A DNA stretch of 61,870 nt, counting the filler, from Circinaria calcarea (Eukaryota): assembly GCA_051942165.1 (NCBI GenBank). It is 21 parts of 21 records of this genome, joined end to end, with 100 filler letters (N's around TTAATTAATTAA, not from the genome) between each part and the next. Parts side by side here need not be neighbours in the genome. Positions count along the whole stretch, not along the records: positions 35,510 to 38,361 come from JAVECS010003214.1; positions 38,462 to 41,312 come from JAVECS010003215.1; positions 41,413 to 44,254 come from JAVECS010003216.1; positions 44,355 to 47,195 come from JAVECS010003217.1; positions 47,296 to 50,133 come from JAVECS010003218.1; 16 more parts are not named here. One strand, given 5' to 3'. Shown here piece after piece: positions 36,679 to 48,681 of the stretch. Each line of letters opens with the position of its first letter. The first letter of the stretch is position 1. The notes under the pieces were generated by a model that did no database searches, was not told the origin of the DNA, and worked only from the letters and a program-made list of their open reading frames with translations. The translations under genes were made by a program, and so were the position numbers.

Positions 36679-37573
36679 GCTGAACGAGGGTAATACACAG
36701 AGGAAGTTCCAAGATGAGGTGCAAGAACGACGGCCGTGTGCGCGCTGCTTAGCCGTTACTGGTGACTGACGCGGGTAGGATTGTTGTAGCAGAAGCAAAT
36801 CACAAATGCGGCATCGCGGCTTGGTAGATGTAGGTTTCAAGTGCCAGTATATGTAGAAGGGTTAACGGCTGCCTGGTTGCGGGAATTTGGAGTTGCCGGT
36901 GAACGGGTGTGACTTGGGAAATATCGTCGGAGAGGTACAAAGTCCAGTGTCGACGGTAAATGAAAGAGCTGGAGAACCTTTTCGATAGTGACAGAGGTTG
37001 AGTCGGTGGAATACAAAGGATGGAGGATCAGAGGCAAATAATTATCAACAATCCCGGGACCTTTAGCTTCGGGCAAACAACGGGAATCGCATTAACCAAA
37101 TATAGAACATCTACGCTAAGGATACACGCTAGCTACGCCAAGCTTCAGGAAATAGCTCCCAAACGAGAAGATCGCCGTTCAGCGTGTTTGATGATACCGA
37201 CATGTGGCGTAGGTCTCGTCAGCATTGGAAAGAAGCCGGCTTCTCTTTTATCCGTATTGGACTTTCGGTGCCCTAAGCTCGATCTGAATCACTTACACAT
37301 ACCAGAGTAAATGCTTTCTACCCAGACCGCTCGTTAGTCTCCATCCACTAATATCCTATTGACTAGCTTAAATGGCATACGAGAGCGAATAAGGAGCTTA
37401 TTGCAATACATCGAAGGAACAAGGCTTGTTTGTCCAAATAGGAGGTTACCGCTCAGCCTATAAATACCAACAGGATTTCTCAGGAGCTTCTCGGGCAGAC
37501 TTGTTACGTCCCTAAGCTTCTTAGGCAAAGGCAATGCTAGTCACTGGTATAAGGCAGGGGCTCTGTAATATGC

Positions 37574-38361
37574 ACGAGGGTTCTATATCAATCACTTGGC
37601 AAGTAATAAGTGACAATAGAAGTATATTGCTATACTTATAAGGTCTTGACCATATAGGTCAAATATTACGGAAAGAACTGAGATTATATAAATCTTTCTG
37701 AGGTTATACGAACCTTCTTAAAAGGGGTGGATATCGTGGATATTATAAATATCGTGGATATAACGATATCTAATATATTCAGCACGTTTAATATATTTAA
37801 TATTAATAATATATTTAATTTATATATTATTTAGATTTTTTAGCACAGCCCCGCGGGGTGTTAAAATAAAATTAATTCACAAAAATAGCAGGCCTAGAAT
37901 TAAAGCAATTTGTGGGCTTTATAAATTTAAAATAATATAAGAATTAAAGATGTCTAAAACACGCGAATATAAGTAACCCGCTAAGGCTCGCTAACGCTAA
38001 ACCACGCTAGACCTAATCCGTCACCTTATCACCACGGTGTTGCACTCGTATGTTATAGCCATAACATTAAGACATTAAAGGGGGCGTGACCAGAGGAACT
38101 TAAAAGGGGCGTACGGTGAGATATACTCCCGAGAATTCTTATGTAATAAACGGGAGCATAGGGAGCATAAAATTTAATATATTTTCAGAAATCTTTATAT
38201 AATTTATGAAAGCAATAAGAACGGAGATATTATTTTTATTTTAAGAAATTTATATAATTATAATTCTTTCCGTAATATTTAATCTTTATAATCAAGATTT
38301 TATAAATATAATAATATATTTCTATTATTATTTATTATTTATTAAATAATTAATATAGAAC
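37574..38361. mobile_element. Non-autonomous DNA element with ~120-bp terminal inverted repeats; right arm heavily transition-mutated and cut by the contig end
   Basis: 37580-37700 is the reverse complement of 38242-38361 apart from mostly C>T/G>A changes. 37600-37860 also matches 49875-50133(-). Confidence 0.8.
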
Positions 38362-38461
38362 NNNNNNNNNNNNNNNNNNNNNNNNNNNNNNNNNNNNNNN
38401 NNNNNTTAATTAATTAANNNNNNNNNNNNNNNNNNNNNNNNNNNNNNNNNNNNNNNNNNNN

Positions 38462-38883
38462 CGTCTTACGTTGACGATAGCATCTCCCGCACTGGACAAC
38501 AAGAGATTGCCATCCCGAGATATGAACAGACTCAGCACACTGCCTCTATGTGCTGTGACACTGGATAGTAGCTCGTACGTCTCCAACGACCAGACCTAGG
38601 GAGGAATATTGTCTTAGCAGCTGGTCGCCAAACACGCCATATGCGTATCACTCACAATTATCTCGCCCCCTTGAGTTCCAGCATAGATTTCGGAGTCTGA
38701 CACAATAAGAGCTAGAATCGACTTCTGGTTTTTGACCTTGTGAAAGAGAACCGGGGGATTACCGGCCCCAGTTGAGAGATTCTGAGCATCATTCTGTAGT
38801 TCCCTGGCTGATCCAAAAAAATCTAATTCAGCTTCCTCTCTATCGTAACCGTTGATCGCAATGGAAGGAAGTTGATCCATCAT
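38462..38883 (-). CDS. DUG2: Dug2-like WD40/M20 peptidase (glutathione degradosome), N-terminal part
   Basis: HKVKNQKSILALIVSDSEIYAGTQGGEII|VWSLETYELLSSVTAHRGSVLSLFIS...LSSAGDAIVNV WD40 start typical of fungal Dug2. Confidence 0.82.
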
Positions 38884-40569
38884 GGGCAGTCACTAAATAC
38901 GAGTAGACAATGCGCCGGATCCAACGCGAAGAGCTAGACCCCAAATTGCCTAACCCGAGCATAGGCGCTAAGCACCCTCTCGCTGCAAGATGGAGCAGAT
39001 AAGGGGTATTTCGGTGCAGTGATATACTTTGTAATCGACTGAAGTCACAAGGAGTCTCGATATTACTTACTCAAGAGACGGCGTATCGGAGGAATACCAC
39101 CATTGTATGCACCGTTAAAATTCCTTTCCCGCTCATGGGGTGTGGTGACCATCGGCTTGCTGGTGCACATTTTACAACAGAAGCGGTCTGCGCTTACCGG
39201 GGCCCCAAAGGGTAGAAGCAGTGCCGTGATGCTTGAGATACCTACTCCGTAGATTCGTAGTGATGGCGCAAGCGAAGGGGGTTATGGCGATTGGCGAAAC
39301 TGAGTCCTCTTTCAAGGCTGGCCGCATTCTCACGGAAGGATTGCTCACTCAAGGGTTACTTGGAGAAGGAATTGGGATTGAAGTAGTAAAGTAGTCGGTC
39401 GGTTTCCTTTGCCAGCAGTCGCGCCAAACTTAATGATAAGGGGGAATGTTTGTACTGTAGGAGAAGGGTACCGACTGTCCTACCGCCGTTGCTAGTTGGA
39501 GATCTTCAGGAGAAGAAGGAGAAGCAGAGTGACGATGGATCCATCGTCCAAGCGTCTTTGGGCAGGATTGCTATAGTGGCAGTCTCCTTCAAAGAACATA
39601 TTCACTAATGCAAGCCAAACAAAGCCGTAGCGTAGTAGCAGTGAATCATCACATATAAGATGGCGAACAGAAACCGGTGAAGCTCCACGATGAACCACGA
39701 TATACGTGGCATCAAGCTTTAAGAACATATCGAAATCGAACATTACGTTTGTTGTTTGCTTTGGATGGCCAGGAGTAGATGAAGGATGAGGATAGCTTTG
39801 GACGGGCAAGGAGTAGAAGAGGGTTGCGAAACTATGATAGAAGCCCATGAAAAACCACTATAAGCGGAAGCTTAGTGGGGGTACGGTTACTCGGTAGATT
39901 CCTCTCCAGGTCAACGGCCCAAATCTAAGTGGCGTATCGGAGGACTGCGCCCGCTTCATCGTCATCTCGCAGTAGCACCACCACCACCCACCTTTCAGCT
40001 CGACTGGCCCTTTGATGTCTGAGTCTCCAATCAGCATCGCACATTCGCGCGCGCCACCCAAAAGTCTTTTTCGTCACGGGTACCCTTTGTACTCAGTTCT
40101 TTGGGGCTTGAGCCTCGGATACCTAAGGCAAGCCTATCACCGAGCTAATAAGACCTTCTTGGAACGGGCCTGGGCTCATCATGTCTTGACAATAAAGAAC
40201 TCTCCGATCCATCTGCGCCACGTCCTCTGCATCAAACCCTACGCATTCTCGGCAAATATTACAGATTCCCAAGTAATTAAGAGATTATTTCTATCTTCAT
40301 CTCTGCAATACTAACATGGAAGTCACCTGGCGCCCCTGGTGATCAATCACTTTAACTTCATCTACGATCTGACTCTTTGTTCTCTGCTCCACGAGAGATC
40401 TTGTTTCCCCCTGCTGAACAATCTCTTTGTTTGCCAGCACAACATAATTCCCATCATCCTTCCTGAGCCACGACGGACAATTTCTCTGAACACAACCCTC
40501 CAACAAATCATTTCATATAGCAAGCAGGCTTGCTACAAGAAGCCCGAACTGAAAACATAATTACCAGCC

Positions 40570-41312
40570 ATGCTGACTCCTGCTACATTTGGCCAGACAA
40601 TTTCCGTGGTGGACAAATCAGGCAAGGTTGTGAGTACGGTGAGTCAAGCTGTCTCCAACTTGACGGTCAACCTTTTACTAATCGACTGATGAAATAGAGC
40701 AAGCACCTGATCAACGTCTTCAAAGAGGCCAAATCTGCGTATCGCGAGCGAAAAGCAGAAATTGTCGCTGGAAGATATGCTCATGCCGAAGAGAAGCGCA
40801 CTCGTCATTCTGGGAGGGCTTATACAATCGATGATGATCAATCTTCGAGGCACACCCGTTCAGAACATCATTCAAACCCGGTAAGAAGAAAAGCTGTTGC
40901 CGATCATAGACATTCTGGTGGCTCGGTAAGGAGCAGTGGGAGCTCAAGACATGGGCATGGAGAGTCCATCAGCCGCTTCGAACAGGGTTTACAAAATCTG
41001 AACTCGGAGACTCGGAGATCACCGCGCCAGGAATTAGCGAGGCGACATACTACCAGGGATGACCGAGACGAGGGTCATGCTCTTCACCCAGGCCTTAACC
41101 GCTCCATGTCTACACCTGGGGACATTGACATGGACTTAGCTTACGGAGAACTGCCCGCGGATCTGCCTCTTGCTGCCACTGGTGAGGAAGCCGAGCTGAA
41201 AGGTCTTGTTGGCAAGGTCAAACAATTACTCGACGAGGCAGATTGTGTGCAATACTCCGTTACAGCTATTATTGCGAACTTACAAAAGAACCCGGACGCT
41301 ATGGCCGCGGTG
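40570..41312 (+). CDS. Conserved fungal hypothetical protein, 3'-truncated, intron 40639-40697
   Basis: MLTPATFGQTISVVDKSGKVVST|SKHLINVFKEAKSAYRERKAEI...DIDMDLAYGE...LLDEADCVQYS...LQKNPDAMAAV, one continuous spliced frame. Confidence 0.85.
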
Positions 41313-41766
41313 NNNNNNNNNNNNNNNNNNNNNNNNNNNNNNNNNNNNNNNNNNNNTTAATTAATTAANNNNNNNNNNNNNNNNNNNNNNNNNNNNNNNN
41401 NNNNNNNNNNNNTGTCATGGATGAAGACTTTGGAGCTAACGACAAGAGCATCTGAAGCTTTGTATCTAGATCCTTCCTCTTGCTTGGTCAGAACCACCCG
41501 CACACCGTGCCACCGTCCTAGACATGCACTCCGTAGGGCTGGACAGAGACAGAATGCCTTCCAGGTCAATGCCTTCACGCAACCATAGAACCACCATCCA
41601 CAATCCGGTAGGTATTCACCAGGGAATCAAGTCCTTGGAGTCTGATCAATCTGCATCAAAGGACCCTACACCAATCAGAGCCGCAAGTCAGCGGTGGTGC
41701 ATATGCCAGATAGACTCGCAAATCTGTGCGAGGGTTGGTGCATACAACGTCCTCGGATGATGCATC

Positions 41767-43677
41767 ATGCCTTTCGTTCCGTCCAATTACTCCTCACCAC
41801 CCGATGACACCGACCTGCACCCTACCGATCGACTGGAAGACAGGAGTTGGATTCCCATTATTCACCATGACTGCGATTTCGGCACAAGCGTCTTCGAAGA
41901 AGTGACCATCAACCTGATCAGAAATCCAAACATCAACTCCTCTCACCTGTTTCGGGCCGACATTCTGTATGACAGTCTCGATCAGTATACGAATATCCAA
42001 TGGCCGGTGGGGGATGTAGAGAGACTCTTGGGGGAGTCAGCCCTGAAAGACGACGCATTCCCTGGCTTCCGACTCAAGAGAACCTTCATTCGGCAGATGA
42101 TCCCTAGGAACCCTCAACTCGACAAGCCGGTCGCGCAAACATGCCATATCTTACATTGCCGGGATAGCTCTAGCGTAGAGCACTCACTCGTACTTTACAT
42201 CCCCCACGTTACACATCTCGAAGCACTGCCGTGGTACCATCCCGCCGTGCAGTCACTTGCCTACCTGCATACCTGGCGTCCGGAGGGTGCAGCTTGTCAT
42301 TCGAAGCCTGACTCGGCCGTGTCTCTTGGTTCTGATAAAAATCGAGGCGTCTTGTCTATCCACTACAGGCTCTTTGAATCACAGGTGCTTCCTTTGCCAC
42401 CTCGAGTCCTCCGCACGGCTCATCATCTCCTCGCGACTCTCTACAAGCATGGGCAGGGTTCGAATGCGGGGTACACCAAACGGGGACAGCATGATCAATT
42501 GATCTCTCAGCAGAGGGTGCAAGACACATATACAGAGCTGAAACGGGAGCACGCGAAGCGGCTGTGTGATAATTGGGTAGAGCAGACCGAGCCTACGAAA
42601 CATGTTTTTGAAGATCTTGGTATCGCCGCATTTCTGATAGAGCTATGGAGGGACATGTATCAACTGCCCCCAGGCGCGAAAGCCTTTGGCCAAGATTCTA
42701 CCAAGAGCAACCTACCCAAGTTTCCAGGGTTCGTCGACATTGGCTGTGGCAATGGCGTTCTTGTTGAAATCCTACTTCTTTCCGGCTATAGAGGTTGGGG
42801 CTTCGACGCACGTCGACGGAAAACATGGAAAATGCTCTCCCCGCAGACGCAGGAAAGCCTTCACGAGCTTGTTCTCATTCCCCAACCTCTCTTTGAGTTC
42901 CCTGCACAGCCCTCTCCCTCTGCCTCCAAAATATTACTCCGTCTCCTCTCAACCATCTTCCCTTCCAAGGGTCTCGTCGGCCACCACGATTTCCCTTCCG
43001 AGGCCTGGCATAACGGTATCTTCCCCCGCTCGACATTCATCATTTCCAACCACGCCGACGAACTTACCCCCTGGACTCCCCTCCTAGCTTCCATCTCGCG
43101 GTCCCCCTTCCTTACCATCCCCTGCTGCAGCCACAATCTTTCCGGTCTCCGTTTCCGGGCCCCCTCGGTCTTCAACTCGCTTTCCGCAGACAACCACGCT
43201 CCGGCATACTTTGCAAAGGATATCAAAAGGTCCAAGAGTATAGCCATTGCAATTCATGACCCGGCGGAGGAAGGGGAAGACGAGGCTTTTGATCATCACC
43301 AGGACCCTCCGCATCCCTTCCCCGACTCCAAAGTGCCATCAGCATCGACTCCCGACTCAGGCGACCTCAAAGCCCTCTCACCTTTCTCCCGCGCCAAACA
43401 ACCCTCCGCCTACTCCTCCCTCTGCGACTGGGTCTCCCACCTCGCCTCTTCGGTCGACTACGTCGTCGAGCGCGAGATGCTACGTATACCTAGTACGAGG
43501 AACGTTGGCATCGTGGGGCGGACCTGGGTGGGTGAGACAGGTCCGAGCGGAGACGAGAAGGAGCGGATAGAGCGTGTTGTCAGGATCGCGAGGGGAGAGG
43601 GTACGGATGCGAGGGCTTGGGTGGAGAGGTGTGCAGGGTTGAAGACGGGACGGGGAGTTGGGAGCGTGGCACATTGA
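41767..43677 (+). CDS. TRM44: tRNA(Ser) Um44 2'-O-methyltransferase
   Basis: NPNINSSHLFRADI, KHVFEDLGIAAFLIELW, FVDIGCGNGVL, GFDARRRKTW, IISNHADELTPW, IPCCSH and LRIPSTRN motifs. Confidence 0.96.
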   Translation: MPFVPSNYSSPPDDTDLHPTDRLEDRSWIPIIHHDCDFGTSVFEEVTINLIRNPNINSSHLFRADILYDSLDQYTNIQWPVGDVERLLGESALKDDAFPGFRLKRTFIRQMIPRNPQLDKPVAQTCHILHCRDSSSVEHSLVLYIPHVTHLEALPWYHPAVQSLAYLHTWRPEGAACHSKPDSAVSLGSDKNRGVLSIHYRLFESQVLPLPPRVLRTAHHLLATLYKHGQGSNAGYTKRGQHDQLISQQRVQDTYTELKREHAKRLCDNWVEQTEPTKHVFEDLGIAAFLIELWRDMYQLPPGAKAFGQDSTKSNLPKFPGFVDIGCGNGVLVEILLLSGYRGWGFDARRRKTWKMLSPQTQESLHELVLIPQPLFEFPAQPSPSASKILLRLLSTIFPSKGLVGHHDFPSEAWHNGIFPRSTFIISNHADELTPWTPLLASISRSPFLTIPCCSHNLSGLRFRAPSVFNSLSADNHAPAYFAKDIKRSKSIAIAIHDPAEEGEDEAFDHHQDPPHPFPDSKVPSASTPDSGDLKALSPFSRAKQPSAYSSLCDWVSHLASSVDYVVEREMLRIPSTRNVGIVGRTWVGETGPSGDEKERIERVVRIARGEGTDARAWVERCAGLKTGRGVGSVAH

Positions 43678-44434
43678 GCTGGAGCGGAGCTCATGGAGTC
43701 GGAAAACTTTGGGTGATGTAGGGAGCTAGATAGGCTATGGCTATTATTTAGAGCAAACATGGAGTCTGTTATATAAAATCTCAGGTGTGTTCCCTTTGAA
43801 AATGCATCTAGGGAAAGGAGGGATGAGGGGTTTTCCTCTCTCTTTTCATAAGGTGAGGAGATGACGATAAATACCCAGCTACCCCAGTGCCCAACGGGCC
43901 CAAAAACGACAAAAACCCCCTTGCAGTGATTGATTGGTTCCTGCCCACCCTGGAAAACCCTCAGTGATGAGCGCCCCCCCGTAGCAACAACGTAGCCATA
44001 GCGACAAACGTAGCAAAAAGCTACCGCCGTCTGTCCGTACCCAGGGGCCATGACCGGAGAGACGAAGGAAAAGGGGGAGAGGGAGGGTCTACCGTGCGGG
44101 AAACAAGGAAGCGGTGTGTGGGCGGGAAATGGAATCCAACGAATCTGGAATTTAGAGATCTCCTGACCTCCTCTCGAAAAGAAAAAAACCTTGAGAAAAC
44201 GGGTCAATAGGCAAAATGCGTACCGTGTGTTTAACAGGTTGGTGGATTTAATATNNNNNNNNNNNNNNNNNNNNNNNNNNNNNNNNNNNNNNNNNNNNTT
44301 AATTAATTAANNNNNNNNNNNNNNNNNNNNNNNNNNNNNNNNNNNNNNNNNNNNGTATATAACGATATCGTTTAAATATATTATTATAAACACGTCGAGA
44401 TATTTTTTTAATATATTATTAATAAACGCCTAAA

Positions 44435-44806
44435 TGTAAGGGCGCTGCAATCCTTGAGGCCTAATGAGGAATATGTTAAGTCTCGATTGGTGATAACACG
44501 GTTACATAGGGTGTAGTTGAACTGTTGCCCTAGGCTCAATAGTATGGAGTCTATTGAACACGGTTTATAAGCATGCTATTCTAAAGAGCGGGAATAGCCT
44601 GCTATATATAACACCCTGCTCACCCTGCTCACTCTGCTCATCCCCATGAGCACCATGAGCACACTGAGCACCCTGCTCACCTTGCTCACTCTGCTCATCT
44701 CCCTGAGCACCATGAGCACACTGAGCACCTCGGTGGTGTAGGTTCCTCCGGCCCGCGGTCCTTCCCGACCCGGTCTAGCGCATGTCATGGCGGGCACGCC
44801 ATAACA
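44435..44806 (+). mobile_element. LTR-like family 1, copy B (372 bp)
   Basis: TGTAAGGGCG...CGCCATAACA; homologous to 5947-6490 and 20737-20776; internal 57-bp x2 repeat at 44612-44725. No TSD. Confidence 0.75.
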
Positions 44807-46107
44807 CGTGTCTGAAATGGCCGCAATTGGCTTGTGAACTCATCAGGATATATCTCGCAAGCAGCAAGCCTATCGCATTCCCAAAGAATCTGGCGAGTAC
44901 CAAAATGGAGGACTCTCGGCGAAAGGAGGCGCTCCTGAAATACCCAAGCTCGATGGTTGAGTGGCGCATCCAATACTTCGCGCCTCCACATCCCTATCTC
45001 TCCACCTACATACCATCCGGGAAGGGCAGTCATTGATTCTGAAGCCTTCCAAGATGCATGGATAGTGAGAGGCATATACATGAGAGGATTCTCTGTCCGA
45101 GGGAGGAAACAGCCATCTTGTCTCCCAATTGCTGCAGTAGCAGCAATGTTGCAAATAGCATTTTTGTACACCTCACCCATCAAAACGGATTCTCTCTGCC
45201 AATCTTCTTCCGAGTCCTGAATGATACAGAGAGAGTCAATCCATATATATCTATATAAACGACAGGTTAGGTTTATGTATTGACGGTTATTATATTATCC
45301 CCAGAGTGGTGACTTACCTAAAGCCTAAAGACTTCGTGATACTCATCGCGTCTCGAAATTTCTTCGTTAAACTCGATGGTGATATGAGTTTCTTGAGGTC
45401 CTCAAGATTTGCGTTTTGGAGCTTGAGAATTGGATTAGTCTTTTGATCGCCCCAGACATGACTTAGAGTAAGATAATCAGAACCCGGGTTAATCTGAGTG
45501 GAAAGACAGAGGCGTGGATGGTCGATGGTTCGAGAAGAACCGACATCAATAAGACGGGTTGGGAGCCACTGCCGCCTCGATCGACGGCATCTAACGTGTG
45601 ACGTTGTACAGGCTTTGAGCCATAATCTAGCAAGATTCAGGCGTGTGGCATCGGTAGAGATGTTTTCATGGACGCTATCCTCTTTATTGGGCTCTATTTA
45701 TCACTTTGTGTCAGCCCCTCGAAACAAAAGAGAACATACCCGTCCTTCGACCCTGAGGCAAGCATCACTCTAAAATCAGCAACTGACGAACCTTGAATAG
45801 CATGCAGTGCGAACGATAACTCCCACTGCTCCGGGGCAGTCCAAACCATGAACCTGAACCTCAATGGTACCGAATCGCCTGGGAGCCATATGGTATAACA
45901 GACTTCCCAGCCTGGGAGCCATGGAGCTTCATCGAGGTAGTCAGTTACCAAAGAGCGTTCCTCGTGGTTCCACAGAATGGTGCAAAGGTGGCAGCCCTTT
46001 GCCGCGGAGGTCTTGATGTCTTTCAATCGCTTCGAATGAGGGTAGACGACCCGCGGTACCTTTTGCCCACTAAAGATCTCCCGACATCGATGGCATAAGT
46101 TGGAAAT
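44807..46107 (-). pseudogene. HET-domain (PF06985-type) gene truncated at its 3' end by LTR-like copy B; start codon not found
   Basis: LCHRC...GCHLC, WLKACTTSH..C, LPTRLIDV, YLTLSHVWG, FRDAM, YIWIDSLCIIQDSEEDW, MGEVY and LNHRAWVFQERLLSPRVLHF. The frame enters the element at 44806 and stops at 44785. Confidence 0.85.
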
Positions 46108-46186
46108 CTATACAAGAACGCATCAGCTGACGTTAACATCTTCATACGGCTAGCCCGACCATACGTCAATTGCGACTTAGGACTTA

Positions 46187-47195
46187 CAGTACTACGTCAA
46201 AAGTCTTCGCGAACCCCTCATTTTACACCCAAACCCATACTTTTCAACTAGCTGAATAATACCCTTGATATTTTTTAAAAATTTCAACCTTTTCTTATAG
46301 TTTACGGAAATATGCAATTTCATACCCCAAAAGTTTGAAATATGCAATTTCATACCCCACCCCCAAATTTCAGGGGGTACCCCGAAGAACACACCACTAT
46401 CAGGAGGGTATTAGCCCAAGAACCCGGCCCGAGGTTAATAGGCTAAGTTCACTATCGCGGTTTTCAGTAGGTCGCTGTCGCGCTGTGTCGCTCTCGCATT
46501 TATATCGCAATGCCAGTGTGTCGCAATGCCAGTGTATCACAATGCTATTATCGCAATGCCACTGGCGTCAGTGACCTCTGCGACAATGACCTCTGCGACA
46601 GTAACCTCTGCGACAGTGACCTCTACGACAGTGACCTCTGTAATCTTTACGGCAGTGACAGCGACCTTCCGTAGTGATCTTAATAATAGCCACCTTGCAC
46701 TAACAGAAGGCTAATCACTAGAATTTGGGGGTGGGGTATGAAATTGCATATTTCCGGTAGAATAATGATCTTTACCGCAATAAATAGCAATTGGCGATAC
46801 CTATACGGAGTACAGCAGGTATTTGCGAACAACTTGAGCATTTGCGAACCGCGACGGAGAAACTCATTAGCTTAGTCTATTATGGTAACCTCGAGGCCCG
46901 AAGTTTGTTCAGGCTATTTATTACCCCTTTCCTAACCGCTAGTGTATTCCTTATGGTAGGGGTACCCTCCGAAAATTTTAGGGATGGGGGGTAATAAAAT
47001 TGCATGTGAAAAATGGCATCTTCCATACTGGTTACTCGGGGGAGGTATGGTATGAAAATTGCCCAATTTTCCCGGGGGAGAACAATTTTAAAAAATTTAA
47101 AATCTCCACGAGCCCCCCTGGTATTCGGAACTGTGTCCGGACGGACAACCCCCCCCTATAGCTGGTAGGTGGATGGACCTTTCTCTAATCTGTTC
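46187..47195. mobile_element. DNA-transposon-like region: Tc1-like left end, direct and inverted subterminal repeats, two minisatellites
   Basis: TA+CAGTACTACGTCAAAAGT start; GAAATATGCAATTTCATACCCC at 46307 and 46337, inverted at about 46722-46755; TCGCAATGCCAGTGT x~4 (46505-46565); CAGTGACCTCTGCGA x5 (46569-46640). Confidence 0.6.
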
Positions 47196-48141
47196 NNNNN
47201 NNNNNNNNNNNNNNNNNNNNNNNNNNNNNNNNNNNNNNNTTAATTAATTAANNNNNNNNNNNNNNNNNNNNNNNNNNNNNNNNNNNNNNNNNNNNTGCGT
47301 TATGCAGGAGAGTGCGGTGAGTCTCTGGATGCCCGAAGCTGAGCAATTCTCTACCCACGCCCTTTCACTCTACACGTAACGTACTTCACCAGTGGCTGGT
47401 CTAAATCTGCATACAGTGCAACCGGATCCTGAAGTAGCTTGTTCTCAAGAGATATTCCCCAACGGAGTATCGTAGACGGCATCCTATCGCCGCACACCCA
47501 GTAACCAAACCGCGGATTTAATAACACTTCGTTTTGCCATTGCTCCATGTTCTAAGAAGTTGTTCGGTGATCTGCACGACTGCGGGCCAGATACCCTCGG
47601 CCCAAACCTTGGACAGAGGTAGTGAGTTCAACGTCTATCTAGCAGGGCGAGGAACTCCGTAAACCCCATACGAGTTATGTTGGCACTAATGCACTCCATG
47701 TTCTCTGAGACCAGACCATTCTACACATCAGCCCTCCCAATGATCTATGTTGAGAAGTTAATCTTCCATCACGATTTCTTGGGCCGATCGCATCTCCCGA
47801 TGATGTTATCGAGCGCGCCGGCTGAAGGTGCATCAGTACTGTACTGTACCGCACCTGCAAGGTGAGATCAGCGTCCACTCCACCGAACTACACCGAGCTG
47901 CACCAGAAATGCCTGCGCCATCAGCTCCGTCAACTTTGTCTGAATTGTTGGATCATGCAGATACGTGAGTTGGGGCGTCGAAGACTGGTTCCTAGGATTA
48001 TCAAGTGGTCAACAAATTCTAGGGCTTTGGGTGTACATATATCACCCATCCCCTTCCTTCAGTCTGGTCTATCTTTTACTCCAACAAAACTCTTGTAGAC
48101 CGACTTTGGCAGCTTGGCGCAAGGAAGCACGGATCGGAATT

Positions 48142-48681
48142 ATGAAGTCTTAACTTTGTTCTTATTTATCGCGGCAGCGAGTGCAGCACCTACTTCTGAG
48201 CTGCATCTCCAATTCGATCTTTCGAATGATGGCCAGCGTGGCGTTGAACCCGTCAATGATGCTACAACCGCGCACCCTGAGATGAGGCAGGATGTTTCTA
48301 AGGACTTCCGTCCTATCTTTGGTGGGGTCAACTCTAGGGAGCCTTCCTGGAGGGTTGATGTTACTGTGAACGACGTCCCGTTCCTGATGGGTGGGGGCGA
48401 AGGTGGTAGGTTGCACATAATCACGTTGAACATTACGGTACATCACCCGACAATGCTTTGGCCAGTTGCGGGACCTCGATTGACTGCCTGGACGCAATTG
48501 GAACTGCCTTCGATTGCATTGATGGAAAGTGCAAAGTATGCTCGAAATGTGGCTGTGAGTTGGCATCCCATTCTCCCATCAAGTAAACTTGCTGATTACC
48601 TCTCATAAGGGGTACCCGAGTGCTCAATGCCCGTGTTGTACGGTCTGTCCCAATATCAAGAACGGGAAGTGCTCCGTGTGA
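48142..48681 (+). pseudogene. Frameshifted secreted, Cys-rich small protein
   Basis: ATGAAGTCT-TAACTTTG needs one extra T to read MKSLTLFLFIAAASAAPT. Downstream Cys-rich blocks (CGTSIDCLDAIGTAFDCIDGKCKVCSKCG; CPCCTVCPNIKNGKC) sit in different frames around a GTGAGT...AAG intron. Confidence 0.5.
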
